Shown one piece after another: positions 12,101-24,727 of a stretch of DNA of 44,607 bases. This DNA comes from Nemertoderma westbladi (Eukaryota; Animalia; Xenacoelomorpha): positions 1 through 44,607 of the forward strand of contig JAUCBJ010005452.1 in NCBI GenBank assembly GCA_032718475.1, given 5' to 3'. Numbering within the stretch: position 1 is the first letter of the stretch; every line of letters begins with the position of its first letter. Made by a program: the position numbers and the translations under genes. The notes under the pieces were generated by a model. The model was given only the letters and a program-made list of their open reading frames with translations, was not told the origin of the DNA and ran no database searches.

Positions 12101-12804
12101 TCTTTTTCGCTGAACCACGGTCCTGGTACCGGAGGTCCGTACCGATTCTGCGTCCGCCCTTTCAGTTTGTTTATAATACTGTTCCTCGTAGCCTCTTACG
12201 AGGCTGAGGGTCCTCCGATGTTGCTTGCGGAACTCGTCCAAATGTGCGACGTGTTCTTCGAGTCTGGGATAGTTACCTAGATCAGTTGCGGGAATGAGTT
12301 CCTGATATGCCTGTATCATCCTTTCGTATCGTTGTAATATACTTCGGATATTCTGTAATTGAGTCTGTATATCGCTGAGGGGAGTCTTGGTGCCCTTTAG
12401 CTGTTTTTCGATGCGGTGGTATGCTCAAGTCACTCCGCCTTTGAGAGCTCCCAGTCGACGAGCCATGTTCTTCACATTCGGTACCTCGTCGGTTTCCGAG
12501 TCTGTGTGGGGGTCCATTTCATCAGTATCGGAGACGTTATTCGTCGTCATTCTAGCGCCTCATTGATCGGTAGATATGCGATATCGTAAAATAGTTCTTC
12601 ATAGGTCTCATATTCAGCCTGGACTACCCGAACGGTAATCCTGAATCATCCAACGTTCGTTCCTTGTACTTCGACTTCGACGTGCCAGATTCCTGGCTCA
12701 ACTTGGATTATATCAATAGGTGTGATCGATACTGTTAACCATTGATACTGATCGATACCATTCCCTGTTAACGACTCTCTATATGTGATCTGCTCTACCC
12801 CTAT

Positions 12805-13455
12805 GTGTTCTACCCCCAATTCAATGTCTCCGCTCCCGCGATCTTTCACCGGGAACGACTCTAATAGGGCCTCTGAGTTGGTAGTGAACTTGGTCAGAGG
12901 AAAACCCCCTGTAGCCAAGCACTCCTGTAGGCCGTGAGCCACTTCTGTGGCTTGTTCCGCTGTGTCCTTGGACACCAATCCGTCGTCCATGCAGAAGTTT
13001 CTCAAGATGGACTCAATAACGTCTACTGGATACTTACCAATCTGGGCCGTTGCCGTTTTCTTTAGAACAAACAGCGTGCCGTTGGGACTATCGCGGGCAC
13101 CGAATATCCTGACATACATCTGGTATGTAACCACTGGGCCGGATAGGTCTTCATTCTCGAACCAGATAAATCTGAGACTATCCTGGTCCGCCTTGCAGGC
13201 TCTTACCTGGTGAAACATCGCCTCGATGTCACAAGTAAATGCGAATCGCCACTGTCTAAAGCGTAACAGTATCCCTATCAAATAGTTATTTAAGTTGGGA
13301 CCATCCATCAACTCTGAGTTCAGGGACATACCTCTATAGACTGCTGCGCAGTCATTGACTAATCGGACTTTGTCTGGTTTGTCAGGGTGAGTCACATAGT
13401 GGTGTGGAAGGTAATAAGTCTGGTCCGTCACTAAGTCCGGGTCCTCTACCTTCCC
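12805..13455 (-). pseudogene. Orphan Bel/Pao reverse transcriptase fragment (element E)
   Basis: YYLPHHYVTHPDKPDKVRLVNDCAA, GPNL, DIEAMFHQV, FGARDSP, FCMDDGL, GGFPLTKF; the sequence differs from the RTs of A, B and D. Confidence 0.85.
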
Positions 13456-16400
13456 AGCAACGTTTTCTTGCTGCGCAAACCACTTGGTTCGAAGTTGTAG
13501 CGTAGGCAGATAATGTTTTTCGAAATGGTCAGCGAAACGACGGGATAATAACTGCATAAGTTGCCAAGTTTGTCGGCAGTATTCGTCTCCGTCCGTGATT
13601 TCCGAGCGTGGGAGCATGGCTACAGGTTTCTTCAGTAGGAAGTGCGCGGGTGTTAGCGCTTCCAGGGAGTCGGGACTCGATGAGACTGGCATAAGCGGTC
13701 TCTCGTTGAGATAGGCGGCGATTTCCTCCATTAACGTCCGCAAAAGTTCGTCGGTGAGATACGCGCGGCACGGCACTATAAAGTGAAATGCGGTCTTCAC
13801 GCTCCTGATTAATCTCTCCCAACTTCCTCCCCACCAAGGGGCGTCGGCGGCGTTGAAGGTCCAGCTAGACGCTGTTACCCTTAGCTGACCGTCCACCTGT
13901 CTTTGATTCCAATCTTTGACGTAAGCCCTGATTTCATTGTTGGCACCAATGAAGTTCGTTCCCTTATCTGATCTCATCGTGTTACTAGTTCCAAAGCGAG
14001 CGATCTGTCGGCGTAAGCTCAATATCAAGCTATTGGTAGATAAATCGTTCACCATATCGAGATGGATAGCTCTACAAGTCATACAGACAAAGATGACACA
14101 CCATCTCTTGACTATAGTCCTAGCACGATATACTTCAATAGGGCTAAATAAATCCACACCAGTATTAGTAAAGTGTGGTTCATGTAAAGTGTAGTCCCTG
14201 CGAGACGTCTGGTGTTCCAGATTTCCAGTCTCTCTCTCTGATTTCCACAACAGACTTATTTGTGGCGGGGGAGTTTAGATCCACAGCGTCGTCTCCGGAA
14301 ATGTGTAGTACAGACAGATCTATCACGGGTTTAAATAACTTTGATTTACTCGTCCGAGTTTTAGGTTTGACTTTCTCCGCTCCCTTGGCTTGTCTAATCT
14401 CAGCCGTGGTAAGATGAGGAGGCCATTCATCTTCTTCTTTACTTAGGAAGTCAGGTCCACCCAACCAGTCCGGAGTATCTGTCAGTTCTTGAGGAGTTGC
14501 TCCTCTGGAGGCGATGTCGGCTGGATTAATCGTCCCAGGGCAATGTCTCCATTGATCTACATTAGTGCGACTAAGTATAATGGCTACTCTGTTGGTAACG
14601 AAGACGCTGAACTGACAGACTTCATTGGTTATATACTCCAAAACGAGTAAAGCATCAGTCCAATAGACAGTTTTCTCCAGTGGATAGTCGATCTGTTCTG
14701 TTACATTCCGGCCGATGGCTGTAGCGTATAGAGCCGCTTTTAACTCCGCTCGAGGAACTCGTAGCTTGTTGTTTATCAAGGCCTTAGAAACAACCAAGGC
14801 AACTTTAATTCCATCTGGAGTTTCAACCCTCAGGTAGGCTACTATACCTATTCCCATATCGCTGGCGTCTCCAAACACATGGAGTTGATAGGAATACGTG
14901 GGGAGAACATGACCAAAATATGAACGGGAAATCGTAAAGTTCTCGATGGATGGTAGAGAATCTTCCCATTTCATCCACTTCTTTAGTAGTTCTCCCTTAA
15001 GTGGATCGTCCCACGAGTGGTTTTCAAGCCACATTTGTTGCACTAAGCTCCGAGCAACCAATATAACTGGGCTAATAAATCCCAATGGATCGAAATAAGT
15101 GCTCAGGATACTTAGACAAATCCGTTTAGTTCGAACTGGATTATCTCGCTGTTTTAGCTGGAAAAACAGGATATCTCTCTCCGTGTCCCATTTCCAAACC
15201 AAGCATCTTGGTTTCTGGAAGATCGTCCTTGATTAGGTCCAGGTCTTTAACTCCTCGGTCCTCTACCGGGATCGATTCCAGAAACTCACGGGAGTTACTT
15301 GTGAATTTAGTTAGTCGAAATCCACCTCGTTTCAAACACTCTACCGTTCCCTTGGCAACATCAATGGCTTCTTCCACCGATGGGAGGGACTTTAAATTAT
15401 CGTCCATGTATATATCCCATTTGATGTTGTCGATAACTGCTTTAGAAAAGGCATCTCGGTTGTCATCAGCAGTGGTGCGCACCACTGAACAGGCGTTCGA
15501 GGGGCTCGAGATGATCCCGAAAGCCTGGATGGTCATCCAGTACTCCACCGGTTTTTGGTTGAGGTCTCCTTCAGGCCACCACAGAAATCGTAGGCTGTCT
15601 CGATCCCTATCCAGCGCCTTAACTTGTAAGAACATGCTTTCTATATCCGAGGCAAATGCGATCGAATATTGCCGTAATCTTAAGAGTATTCCCAACAAGG
15701 ATTGGAGTAAGTTGGGCCCCGGCAACAACTCAGAGTTAAGGGATTGGCCCATGTAAAGGGCGGAGCCGTCAAATACTACCCGGACTTCGTTGGGTTTACC
15801 GGGTTTGGGAACGTAGTGATGGGTTAGATAATACGTTCTCTCAGTTATGGGTGTTTCTTCTGGTACTCGCTCCACGTATCCCTTATCGATGAATTTCTTC
15901 AGCTGGTTCTTGTACATCTCTTTAGCTGAAGCATTTGCCGTAAGGCGCCGATGTAGTTGCGCGATTCTCTTCTCCGCCAAGGGTCGGTTATTTATAAAGT
16001 TGGGTTCTCGCCTTCGGAATGGCAGACCAATCTCATACCTCCCTTGATCTCTAAGGAAACGTGTAGTCGTTTCCTGGATCTGCTTGGCTCTTTCCTCCTC
16101 GACCGATAGTGCTTTGTCGTAGGAATTAGGCTCTACAGCTTCTTGAGTAAAGAATCGTACGGCGTGTTTGTCGCGAATCTTAGCGTTATGTCGATCTATC
16201 ACCTCATTTAGCTCGTTGTTGTAGTCGAGTTGTCCGCCATGATGGATGAGATGGCAAAGGTGCACTTGGTTTCTCCAAGCTTCACTTTCAGTGAGGAGGT
16301 CTATTGTATTTTCCTCATCAAATAGTTGGGTAATATTGTCGTTATCTGAGGAGTATGGTGTTCCCTCAGGTGTGATTTCTCCCTCACTGATTTATTCTTC

Positions 16401-19400
16401 CCATTCACTCACCTGATGTATTTGTTCAGTGGGTAATCTTTCCATGAGCGTTCTACGGGAAGGTCCAGTGAAGTACCAACCTACTCTAGTTCTTCCCGCA
16501 TAGGTTTGCAATGGTTGCGGTCGAGCAGGTCGTTTCTCTAATGTCTCAAGCACCTCATGCGCATTTTGGCCGATTAATATTTGCACCCCTGGGTAGTCGG
16601 TGTTGAATCTAGGGATATTATGTTGCTGGGTAAAATCGTCTTCATCCCAGTTGTAAGGCTCCACTTGGCTAGTAGCAAAGTTCTTTATCGCCACCATTTT
16701 TACCGACCTTACGCTATGTTCTCCTAGTTCATCCTGGGGAGTGGACAACGCACCCACGTAGTAATCTGTAGCTACTGTGGATTTCCAAACCTGCATAATT
16801 CCTGAAAGGTTCAACTTAGTTCGGAACTTGGGTTGTCCAGCAAAGATGTCTTCGGCTAGTTCTTTGTCGATGAATGTTCCTGTGCTGCCGGAGTCCAGGA
16901 GGGCGTTGACTATAAAACTCTTACCTAATCCGTGGACTCTTAGCTGAACTACGGGGAATTCCCGGATTCCGACGTTGGAAGTTGGCGCTTTCCAAGATGG
17001 TTGTCTGTCAGGAATAACCGGGTGCGGGTTCGTTATCGGTTTCAGTCTCATATGTAAGCGCTCGATACACCGCGGTGTTTATCAGATAACAGGATTCGTT
17101 TTCATCGGGGAATTCGTCCGTGTAAAATCCTTCCGTCTCAGAGCTGTGGTCAGTGTCATTCACATCACTGAATTGGACATGTAGTTCGGACTCACTTACC
17201 TGACTCGTGCTGTTTCTTTCAAATTCGGTGTGCAGCAAGATATGATGTTTCGCGCCGCACTTAGCACACCTCGCGTCGGAGTAACAGGTTCGCCGTTGGT
17301 GTCCTTGTCTGAGACAATTATAACACAACCGCTTATCCCACATGACTTCGCGTCTATCCTTTAAGGATTTCTTTAAGAATTCATCACACACACTTAAACG
17401 ATGGGGCCCGTCGCACAATGTACATTTTGGTTTGATGTTACTTACTTTACCTTGGGTAGTGTTGTGCACACTTGTTCTTTCCTCGGGCTTTCTTCCATGA
17501 ATTCTCTTAGGAGACATAGGAGGAGTTTTTGTTACCTGTTCTCTCCTGTCCATGGTTCGAGACTTAAATTTACTTACATCTTTAGGTGCTTTGTTGACAT
17601 AGTAAGATCTGTCGGTGTCTTTCCCGCTGTTCTCCTCTTGAGAGGTCTGGCTTTCGCCGTCGTCTGTATAACACACTGGTGTTACCTTTCTCCTAGAAAC
17701 GGGTTTTTCACTTACCTTATTTTCCAGTGTCTTCTCTCGGGACTGCTTTAGGAGCTGTAATTTTACCTCTCCATTTAAGAATGACATGAGATCAGCCATG
17801 GTAGGGTCTCTTTGTTGTTGTTCCATCATATATAGAACTCTTTTGTCCCAACGAGTACCCACTCCACCCTTTGGCAAGGTAGATGCTACAGCTCCAATAA
17901 CCATAGAACTCTGATATTCATGGGACTTACCTAGCCAATCTAATTGTCTACAGATCTCCTGGATCTCATCGGAAAATTCTATAATCCCGCTGCTAAGAAA
18001 CTTTCGGGGCGCTACCAATTTTGCATACAGATACCTAGCTATGTTAGTCCTATTACCATACCTGATGTTTAGTGTATCCCAAACTTGTCTTAATCCATCT
18101 GGATGTCCAATAAACTTTAACGCCATTAACTTGGGAGATCCTTCCAAGCACTCGATGAGGAATCTAAGTTTCTCTCCGTTAGATAGCACAGAGTTCTGTA
18201 TGTTATCTTTATAATATTCATTAAAAGGTAACCATTTCATATCATCTCCATTGAACTTGACGATCTCTCCCACCTTTACCGCTTGAAGGGCTTCGGTTAT
18301 AGCCATTTGAAGCGTAAAACTTTCTTGGGCCATCGTATTATTTAATATCGAGTTATTGGTATATATATTTCTCGGATTATGATCAGGTCTATATGGAATA
18401 TCATTATCAACAGGTTTATAATTACTCTTAATAGGGTTTATTATAGGAGTTTCTACTTCACTAGCAGTATAGATGCGTGTAGGCTCCACACCTTGCGCAT
18501 GAAATACTTTAGACCTAACAGGTTGACACATTGTTACAGGGGGTGGTGGTATACTCCTTTGTATATTTACTAATTTATCGCGTTCTAACGCGATACTCTG
18601 CTGCACTTCTTGCAACTCTAACCTACCTTCTCTTACTGTTCCCTTTAACTGTTGAACAGTCCCTTCCATCTCTCGGACCTGCTGGGAGGAACGCAAGCGC
18701 TGTTCCTCCAATTGTCCGAGCAGGAGATCCATCCCCCGCCGTCCCTCATCCACCCACTCGACCACCGAAGCGGGAGCCGCCAACATAGTAGCGGGTAGAC
18801 GAGGGACGACGGGCGATAAATCGTTGATGTCTCGCTCGGCGTCCAAGACTGGGACTGATTCTGGGGCTATTCTACTGCAAAGGGAATTTAGAGTTAGGTT
18901 CTGGAAGTACAGGTGTCTCTATCACAGAAGGGGTGGCTTCGAGCACAGGCCCAATTATTTCAGGCTCATCTACTATAGTAGGGAGTCTTTCTACTCTAAT
19001 AATTTGGTCTATGGGTTCTGGACTACCTAAGTCTACACTAGCTAGTTGCCTTCTCACAGCTGGGGGCAAATTAGGCAACTTCTGATGGTGGGGCATTCTT
19101 CTACGCCTGCTGGAACGAGATCTATTTCCTCCGCCTTCAGGATCTGTTGTATCGCCTTCATCAGATGATGTAAATCCCTGTCTCTTGGGAGTAGATCGAC
19201 TTATCATCTGCATCTGACTAGCTGTTCTCTGTTTATCTATGTAGTCTTGCTTCTCTTAAAGATTTTCCAACTCTAGTTGGGTTGTCTCTTCAGACGCCCT
19301 CCGTTCTGCTTCTACCACTGCCTCTGCCGCTTTTCTTTCTGCTTCTGCCACTGCTACCTTTCTTTCAGCCTCTGCCTCTGCCGCTGCCGTTGCCGCTTTT

Positions 19401-20887
19401 CTTTCAGCTTCTGCCACCTTTCTTTCAGCTTCTGCCACTGCCGCTGCCGTTGCCGCTTTTCTTTCAGCTTCTGCCACCTTTCTTTCAGCTTCTGCCGCCT
19501 TTCTTTCAACTTCTGCCGCTGCCGCTTTTCTTTCAGCCTCTGCCACTGCCGCTGCCGTTGCCACTTTTCTTTCAGCTTCTGCCACCTTTCTTTCAGCTTC
19601 TGCCGCCTTTCTTTCAACTTCTGCCGCTGCCGCTTTTCTTTCAGCCTCTGCCGCTGCCACTGCAGCTGCCGCTTTTCTTTCAACTTCTGCCACTGCCGCT
19701 GCTGCTGTCTTTCGGTCTTCTATTCGTTTTTTCTTTAATTGTTCTTCCTGTTCCCTAGCGATGAGGATGCTTTCATCAAATTTAGCCTGCTCTGTGGCTA
19801 ACATTTCCGCATCTAATGAGTCTAACACAAATTTGGCTCCCTCACTAGTAGGATGAAGTCCAGCTAGCCATCTCCTTAGCTCTTTGTCACCTATAAATCG
19901 TTGATAGTCCGACAGATAGATGTCAATGGTGTCCTTCTTCTGAGGTTTCTCTGATGTAACTTCGCTTTCCACCTGAGAAAAGGTAGCGTCTGTTGATTCT
20001 CCGTGGGTCGAGCGTTCAGTTAGTTGAATTTTCCATTGGGTCGTTCCTTGGACTTTAAGACTCACCCGTTGGAACCAAGTCTTTACGGCAACTTGCAACG
20101 ACGTGTCTTGGCTTCTCTTCGAGGCTTCCTCAAAGGCCGATAGGATTAGTCTGATTCTTAGGATTCGTTCTCGAACTTGATAAAGCAGCTCTCCCTGCTC
20201 TTGAGGTCCTTGGGGTTGTTGAAACAGTTGTTCCTCTAATCGCTCCAAAGAGCTGAAGAATCCCTGTACATATCCTGCTGCCGACCTCTTCCACACAGCT
20301 GGATCTCTAGTGTCCTTTACCACTCCCATCCTGTATAAGTCCTCCCAGGCAGCTTCCGATAAGTTAAACGGGAGTCCGGGTCCGGGGAAGTTCCATTGCG
20401 TCTCGACAATAGACTTCAGTTCCTCCATTGTGTATCCCACATAACTGTACTTGGTCGATCGCTTACTTCTCGCCCAATCGATTTGATGTTCCTCCACCGC
20501 AATCAATACCCTAGTGAGTACGGCTTCAGGAAGTATGAGAAGTGGATCCAAATAAAATGCTTCTGCCATCTTTGCTCCGCGCTCGGGTGTCAACTCCACA
20601 GCATCTGAACTACCGGAGCTATCGGGCCGCTGAGAAATAAGTTCTCGGTTCGGGTGTTGCTGCTGTTTAACAGCTGCCTCTTGGTCCCGCTTGACTTGAG
20701 CCCGAGTGCCTATGATAGACCTATGGTGCTTTACTAGCCTAGGGTCTGATACTACTACTGGAGGGATGACCTTTCTTACAGTAGGATGGGACTTGAACTT
20801 CGGTCTCAGATGTTCCGCACTCCTATCTGAATCGCAGACTGTTGTTTCTAGGAGACTATCTGACAGAGTTTGCTTTGTGTCAGCCAT
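13456..20887 (-). pseudogene. Bel/Pao gag-pol polyprotein of element B (stops, frameshifts, IN N-terminal region deleted, IN C-terminus truncated)
   Basis: Gag knuckles CTLCDGPHRLSVC / CYNCLRQGHQRRTC / CAKCGAKHHILLH; PR LLDSGS; RT IYMDD; RNaseH FGDAS, VPRAELKAA, NPADIASRG; IN GVDLFS, SDKGTNF, WERLIRSVK. In-frame TAA at 19256 and 16392 join adjacent ORFs. Confidence 0.92.
19300..19710 (-). repeat. Coding minisatellite giving an Ala/Glu/Arg/Lys coiled coil (AEAERKAAAA / AEAERKV) in gag of B
   Basis: Repeated GCAGAAGCTGAAAGAAAAGCGGCA-type units, in frame within ORF 19256..20887. Confidence 0.9.
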
Positions 20888-22133
20888 GTTTGATTGTACA
20901 GTTGAATGCCTACTACTATAACGACAGTTAAAGCAAGTCTAGTAATTCAGTATCAACTGTAAGCCTAGTAATTAATTACCGATAATCTGTATAATAACAT
21001 AACTCTGTATAAAACAGAGTTATGACTTATACTAAACACAATGAGATGGCTACTGATTTTCGTAAATAGCGCATTCTTTAGGAGATGCTTTATTATCTGT
21101 CACACTACTGCACACGACTTCACACTGTTTCACACTGATCTGCCGACCGTCACTGAATTTAACCATATATAAGGAGGATAGCAACTGACACATGTAGGGA
21201 TTATGAAATAGCATTTAATGCACACTAAAACCACTGTAATGTAAGTCGCAATTGCTACCGGTAACCGGTCCCTCTAACCTTTAGTAATCAAGAAGATTGG
21301 GTGTTTTATGATTATTTATCGGTATTCTGAAAATATAACAACATATCCATCAACATATAACAATTAATAACAGACAGTAAACAGAAGTAAAATAATGCGG
21401 TGATAGTCAGCCAGTATCGGTAATACCGGTACCACAGGTGCCAAGTGACCAGTTGTTATGGTTAGTTGCACAGTTGCACAGTGCAGTAGGGCCAGGATAA
21501 TAGATTTACGTTCCTATAATCAAAGCCGTCTAATGTTGGCCAAAGTCTGAAACTTCTAACACAGAAGTACAGAAGAATTTCCAAGCAGTTGTTCTCGCTC
21601 AGAAAGGTAAATAAAGACCGTAATGCCTTGCACGGTTTTCCGTAGGCCTCTGTGCAAGATAAAATGAAAATCGCTCTGATTGGCCGAGCCTGAACAAAGA
21701 GAGGTTCCACATCGACAGTAAATCAGCTGACAGATTTCGTCATCTGAACTACAATCTATTTAGAGTATTAGCGCATTGCGGCATAAAATGGCTTGTTATG
21801 TCCGCTAAAATACCCACACAGTACATTGCGGAGAAAATGGCTTGTTATGTCCGCTAAAACACCTTCACGGTACATTGCGGAGAAAATGGCTTGTTATGTC
21901 CACTAAAACACCTACACAGTATATTGCGGAGAAAAATGACCTGTTATATCCACAAAAGCTTTTACATACACTACTCTCCCTATCACTCACCTCTGGCCGG
22001 GCTGCTATGCAATCCTTCCTTACAGTAGTGGTAGGGGATCCTAATACTATTAATTCCACTGGCTCATCCTCACTAGTTACTGTCTCATACTCCTGTTCAC
22101 TTACGTCAGCGTCGCTCGCTGCGTCGTCATAGT
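20218..22133. repeat. Tandem segmental duplication, copy 1 (1916 bp)
   Basis: Nearly identical to 22135-24901 once the 847-bp element plus its 4-bp TSD is removed; only a few C/T and G/A differences seen. Confidence 0.95.
21774..21959. repeat. ~49-bp tandem repeat, about 4 units
   Basis: Unit CATTGCGGAGAAAATGGCTTGTTATGTCCGCTAAAACACC...GTA. Confidence 0.9.
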
Positions 22134-22804
22134 AGTTGAAACAGTTGTTCCTCTAATCGCTCCAAAGAGCTGAAGAATCCCTGTACATATCCTGCTGCCG
22201 ACCTCTTCCACACAGCTGGATCTCTAGTGTCCTTTACCACTCCCATCCTGTATAAGTCCTCCCAGGCAGCTTCCGATAAGTTAAACGGGAGTCCGGGTCC
22301 GGGGAAGTTCCATTGCGTCTCGACAATAGACTTCAGTTCCTCCATTGTGTATCCCGCATAACTGTACTTGGTCGATCGCTTACTTCTCGCCCAATCGATT
22401 TGATGTTCCTCCACCGCAATCAATACCCTAGTGAGTACGGCTTCAGGAAGTATGAGAAGTGGATCCAAATAAAATGCTTCTGCCATCTTTGCTCCGCGCT
22501 CGGGTGTCAACTCCATAGCATCTGAACTACCGGAGCTATCGGGCCGCTGAGAAATAAGTTCTCGGTTCGGGTGTTGCTGCTGTTTAACAGCTGCCTCTTG
22601 GTCCCGCTTGACTTGAGCCCGAGTGCCTATGATAGACCTATGGTGCTTTACTAGCCTAGGGTCTGATACTACTACTGGAGGGATGACCTTTCTTACAGTA
22701 GGATGGGACTTGAACTTCGGTCTCAGATGTTCCGCACTCCTATCTGAATCGCAGACTGTTGTTTCTAGGAGACTATCTGACAGAGTTTGCTTTGTGTCAG
22801 CCAT
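22127..22804 (-). pseudogene. Duplicated, truncated 5' end of element B gag ORF
   Basis: Matches the first ~223 aa of ORF 19256..20887 with two substitutions; ends at the duplication junction. Confidence 0.9.
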
Positions 22805-23089
22805 GTTTGATTGTACAGTTGAATGCCTACTACTATAACGACAGTTAAAGCAAGTCTAGTAATTCAGTATCAACTGTAAGCCTAGTAATTAATTACCGAT
22901 AATCTGTATAATAACATAACTCTGTATAAAACAGAGTTATGACTTATACTAAACACAATGAGATGGCTACTGATTTTCGTAAATAGCGCATTCTTTAGGA
23001 GATGCTTTATTATCTGTCACACTACTGCACACGACTTCACACTGTTTCACACTGATCTGCCGACCGTCACTGAATTTAACCATATATAA

Positions 23090-23936
23090 CCCTATTCCAC
23101 CTGGGGTTGGGCAGAATCTGCCCAACACTTTTTATTTTTAGAAATTCATGATGATGATTTTTATGTATTATTATGAAATTCATTGACTTTTCCTAGAATT
23201 TAATTGGCTTTCTGATGGTTACAAAATATTTTTTTCATCATTTATACTTTTTGTGCTATGGTGTGTTTTTCATATCATAGGTACATTTTTTTATTATAAT
23301 ATATTTATTAGCCTAACTGGTAGAAAAGATAATCCATGGTTGGATAGTTCCCCTGTCAACAAGCTAGAATACAACCAATTACAGTCCAGGACATTCACTT
23401 GGCTGGGTTGTAAAGTTAAATTCAAACACGAGATTGTCTACTGCTTGGATTAGTACACATCAATCACATTATTTTTTAATAACAAAATACTAAACAGACA
23501 GATAAGCAAGCAATAAGTCTACTAGGATAAAACAACAATCACCATTGAAACCAGTATATTCCTAATGTAATACAGCAGACATAAACAGAGGTGAATAAAT
23601 TTATTCAATAACAGCACCCCTGCAAGCAAAATTTTCACTTGGGATGTCTGGCAGAGTTAGGCAGACAGTGGTGTTGGGAGGAGTATGTATAGTATTATCT
23701 CATCTTTTTACTATAATGGGTTATCTTCATGATAATTAATTTATATGGATATATTATTTTAAATTATGAATATATAAAACTCAGAACAGATGCATTATAT
23801 ATTTTTCTATACACCTGCGAAAATTTGGAAAGTTTTGATAAAATTATCATTACTTTTTAGTGTATAATAAACTGTTGGGCATATTATGCCCAACCCCAGG
23901 TGGAATCTCGGACAAAAGAGCCCAGGTGGAATAGGG
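23090..23936. mobile_element. 847-bp non-autonomous piggyBac-type element (MITE) with ATAA TSD
   Basis: Perfect 16-bp TIR CCCTATTCCACCTGGG / CCCAGGTGGAATAGGG; ATAA at 23086-23089 and 23937-23940; empty site with a single ATAA at 21169-21172 in the duplicate; subterminal palindrome GTTGGGCA-N5-TGCCCAAC at both ends. Confidence 0.92.
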
Positions 23937-24541
23937 ATAAGGAGGATAGCAACTGACACATGTAGGGATTATGAAATAGCATTTAATGCACACTAAAACC
24001 ACTGTAATGTAAGTCGCAATTGCTACCGGTAACCGGTCCCTCTAACCTTTAGTAATCAAGAAGATTGGGTGTTTTATGATTATTTATCGGTATTCTGAAA
24101 ATATAACAACATATCCATCAACATATAACAATTAATAACAGACAGTAAACAGAAGTAAAATAATGCGGTGATAGTCAGCCAGTATCGGTAATACCGGTAC
24201 CACAGGTGCCAAGTGACCAGTTGTTATGGTTAGTTGCACAGTTGCACAGTGCAGTAGGGCCAGGATAATAGATTTACGTTCCTATAATCAAAGCCGTCTA
24301 ATGTTGGCCAAAGTCTGAAACTTCTAACACAGAAGTACAGAAGAATTTCCAAGCAGTTGTTCTCGCTCAGAAAGGTAAATAAAGACCGTAATGCCTTGCA
24401 CGGTTTTCCGTAGGCCTCTGTGCAAGATAAAATGAAAATCGCTCTGATTGGCCGAGCCTGAACAAAGAGAGGTTCCACATCGACAGTAAATCAGCTGACA
24501 GATTTCGTCATCTGAACTACAATCTATTTAGAGTATTAGCG

Positions 24542-24727
24542 CATTGCGGCATAAAATGGCTTGTTATGTCCGCTAAAATACCCACACAGTACATTGCGGA
24601 GAAAATGGCTTGTTATGTCCGCTAAAACACCTTCACGGTACATTGCGGAGAAAATGGCTTGTTATGTCCACTAAAACACCTACACAGTATATTGCGGAGA
24701 AAAATGACCTGTTATATCCACAAAAGC
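24542..24727. repeat. ~49-bp tandem repeat, about 4 units (duplicate of 21774-21959)
   Basis: Same unit as in copy 1. Confidence 0.9.

Larger units (their letters stand above)
4349..12550 (-). pseudogene. Bel/Pao gag-pol polyprotein of element A, broken by stops, frameshifts and a DNA-transposon insertion
   Basis: ATG at 12548-12550. Gag knuckles CLFCGEKHKVEFC / CFRCLGTGHYVWDC / CAVCNDLRHHTLLH; protease FLDNRS; RT FYVDD (about 7031-7045); RNaseH FSDAS; IN HEENHH..CFPC, GVDCLG, SDNGTNF, GVWEKL; ends RPIRRLCLLE. Confidence 0.92.
1..12800 (-). mobile_element. Bel/Pao LTR retrotransposon, element A (decayed; 3' LTR runs off the window, 5' LTR not found)
   Basis: Minus-strand order gag (three Cys/His knuckles) - PR - RT - RNaseH - IN - extra ORF - PPT - LTR start TGTT. 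Pao signature motifs YYLPIHYV, RVVNDAAA, GESLNSQLYTGPN, TIPRLELQAA, NPADLSSRG. The 5' boundary is approximate. Confidence 0.9.

Noticed and set aside
12646-14250. Ty1/copia element (IN before RT)
   Set aside because: Both domains carry Pao-specific motifs and are truncated at the junction; this is a rearrangement.
19277-19758. Plus-strand Cys/Phe- and Leu/Pro-rich ORFs; TolA-like bacterial protein on minus
   Set aside because: The plus ORFs are antisense shadows of the gag minisatellite, and the TolA resemblance is only compositional.
484-20887. Alternative genetic code or programmed stop readthrough
   Set aside because: Stops of all three kinds and frameshifts co-occur, element D has none in about 2500 codons, and C-to-T decay explains them.
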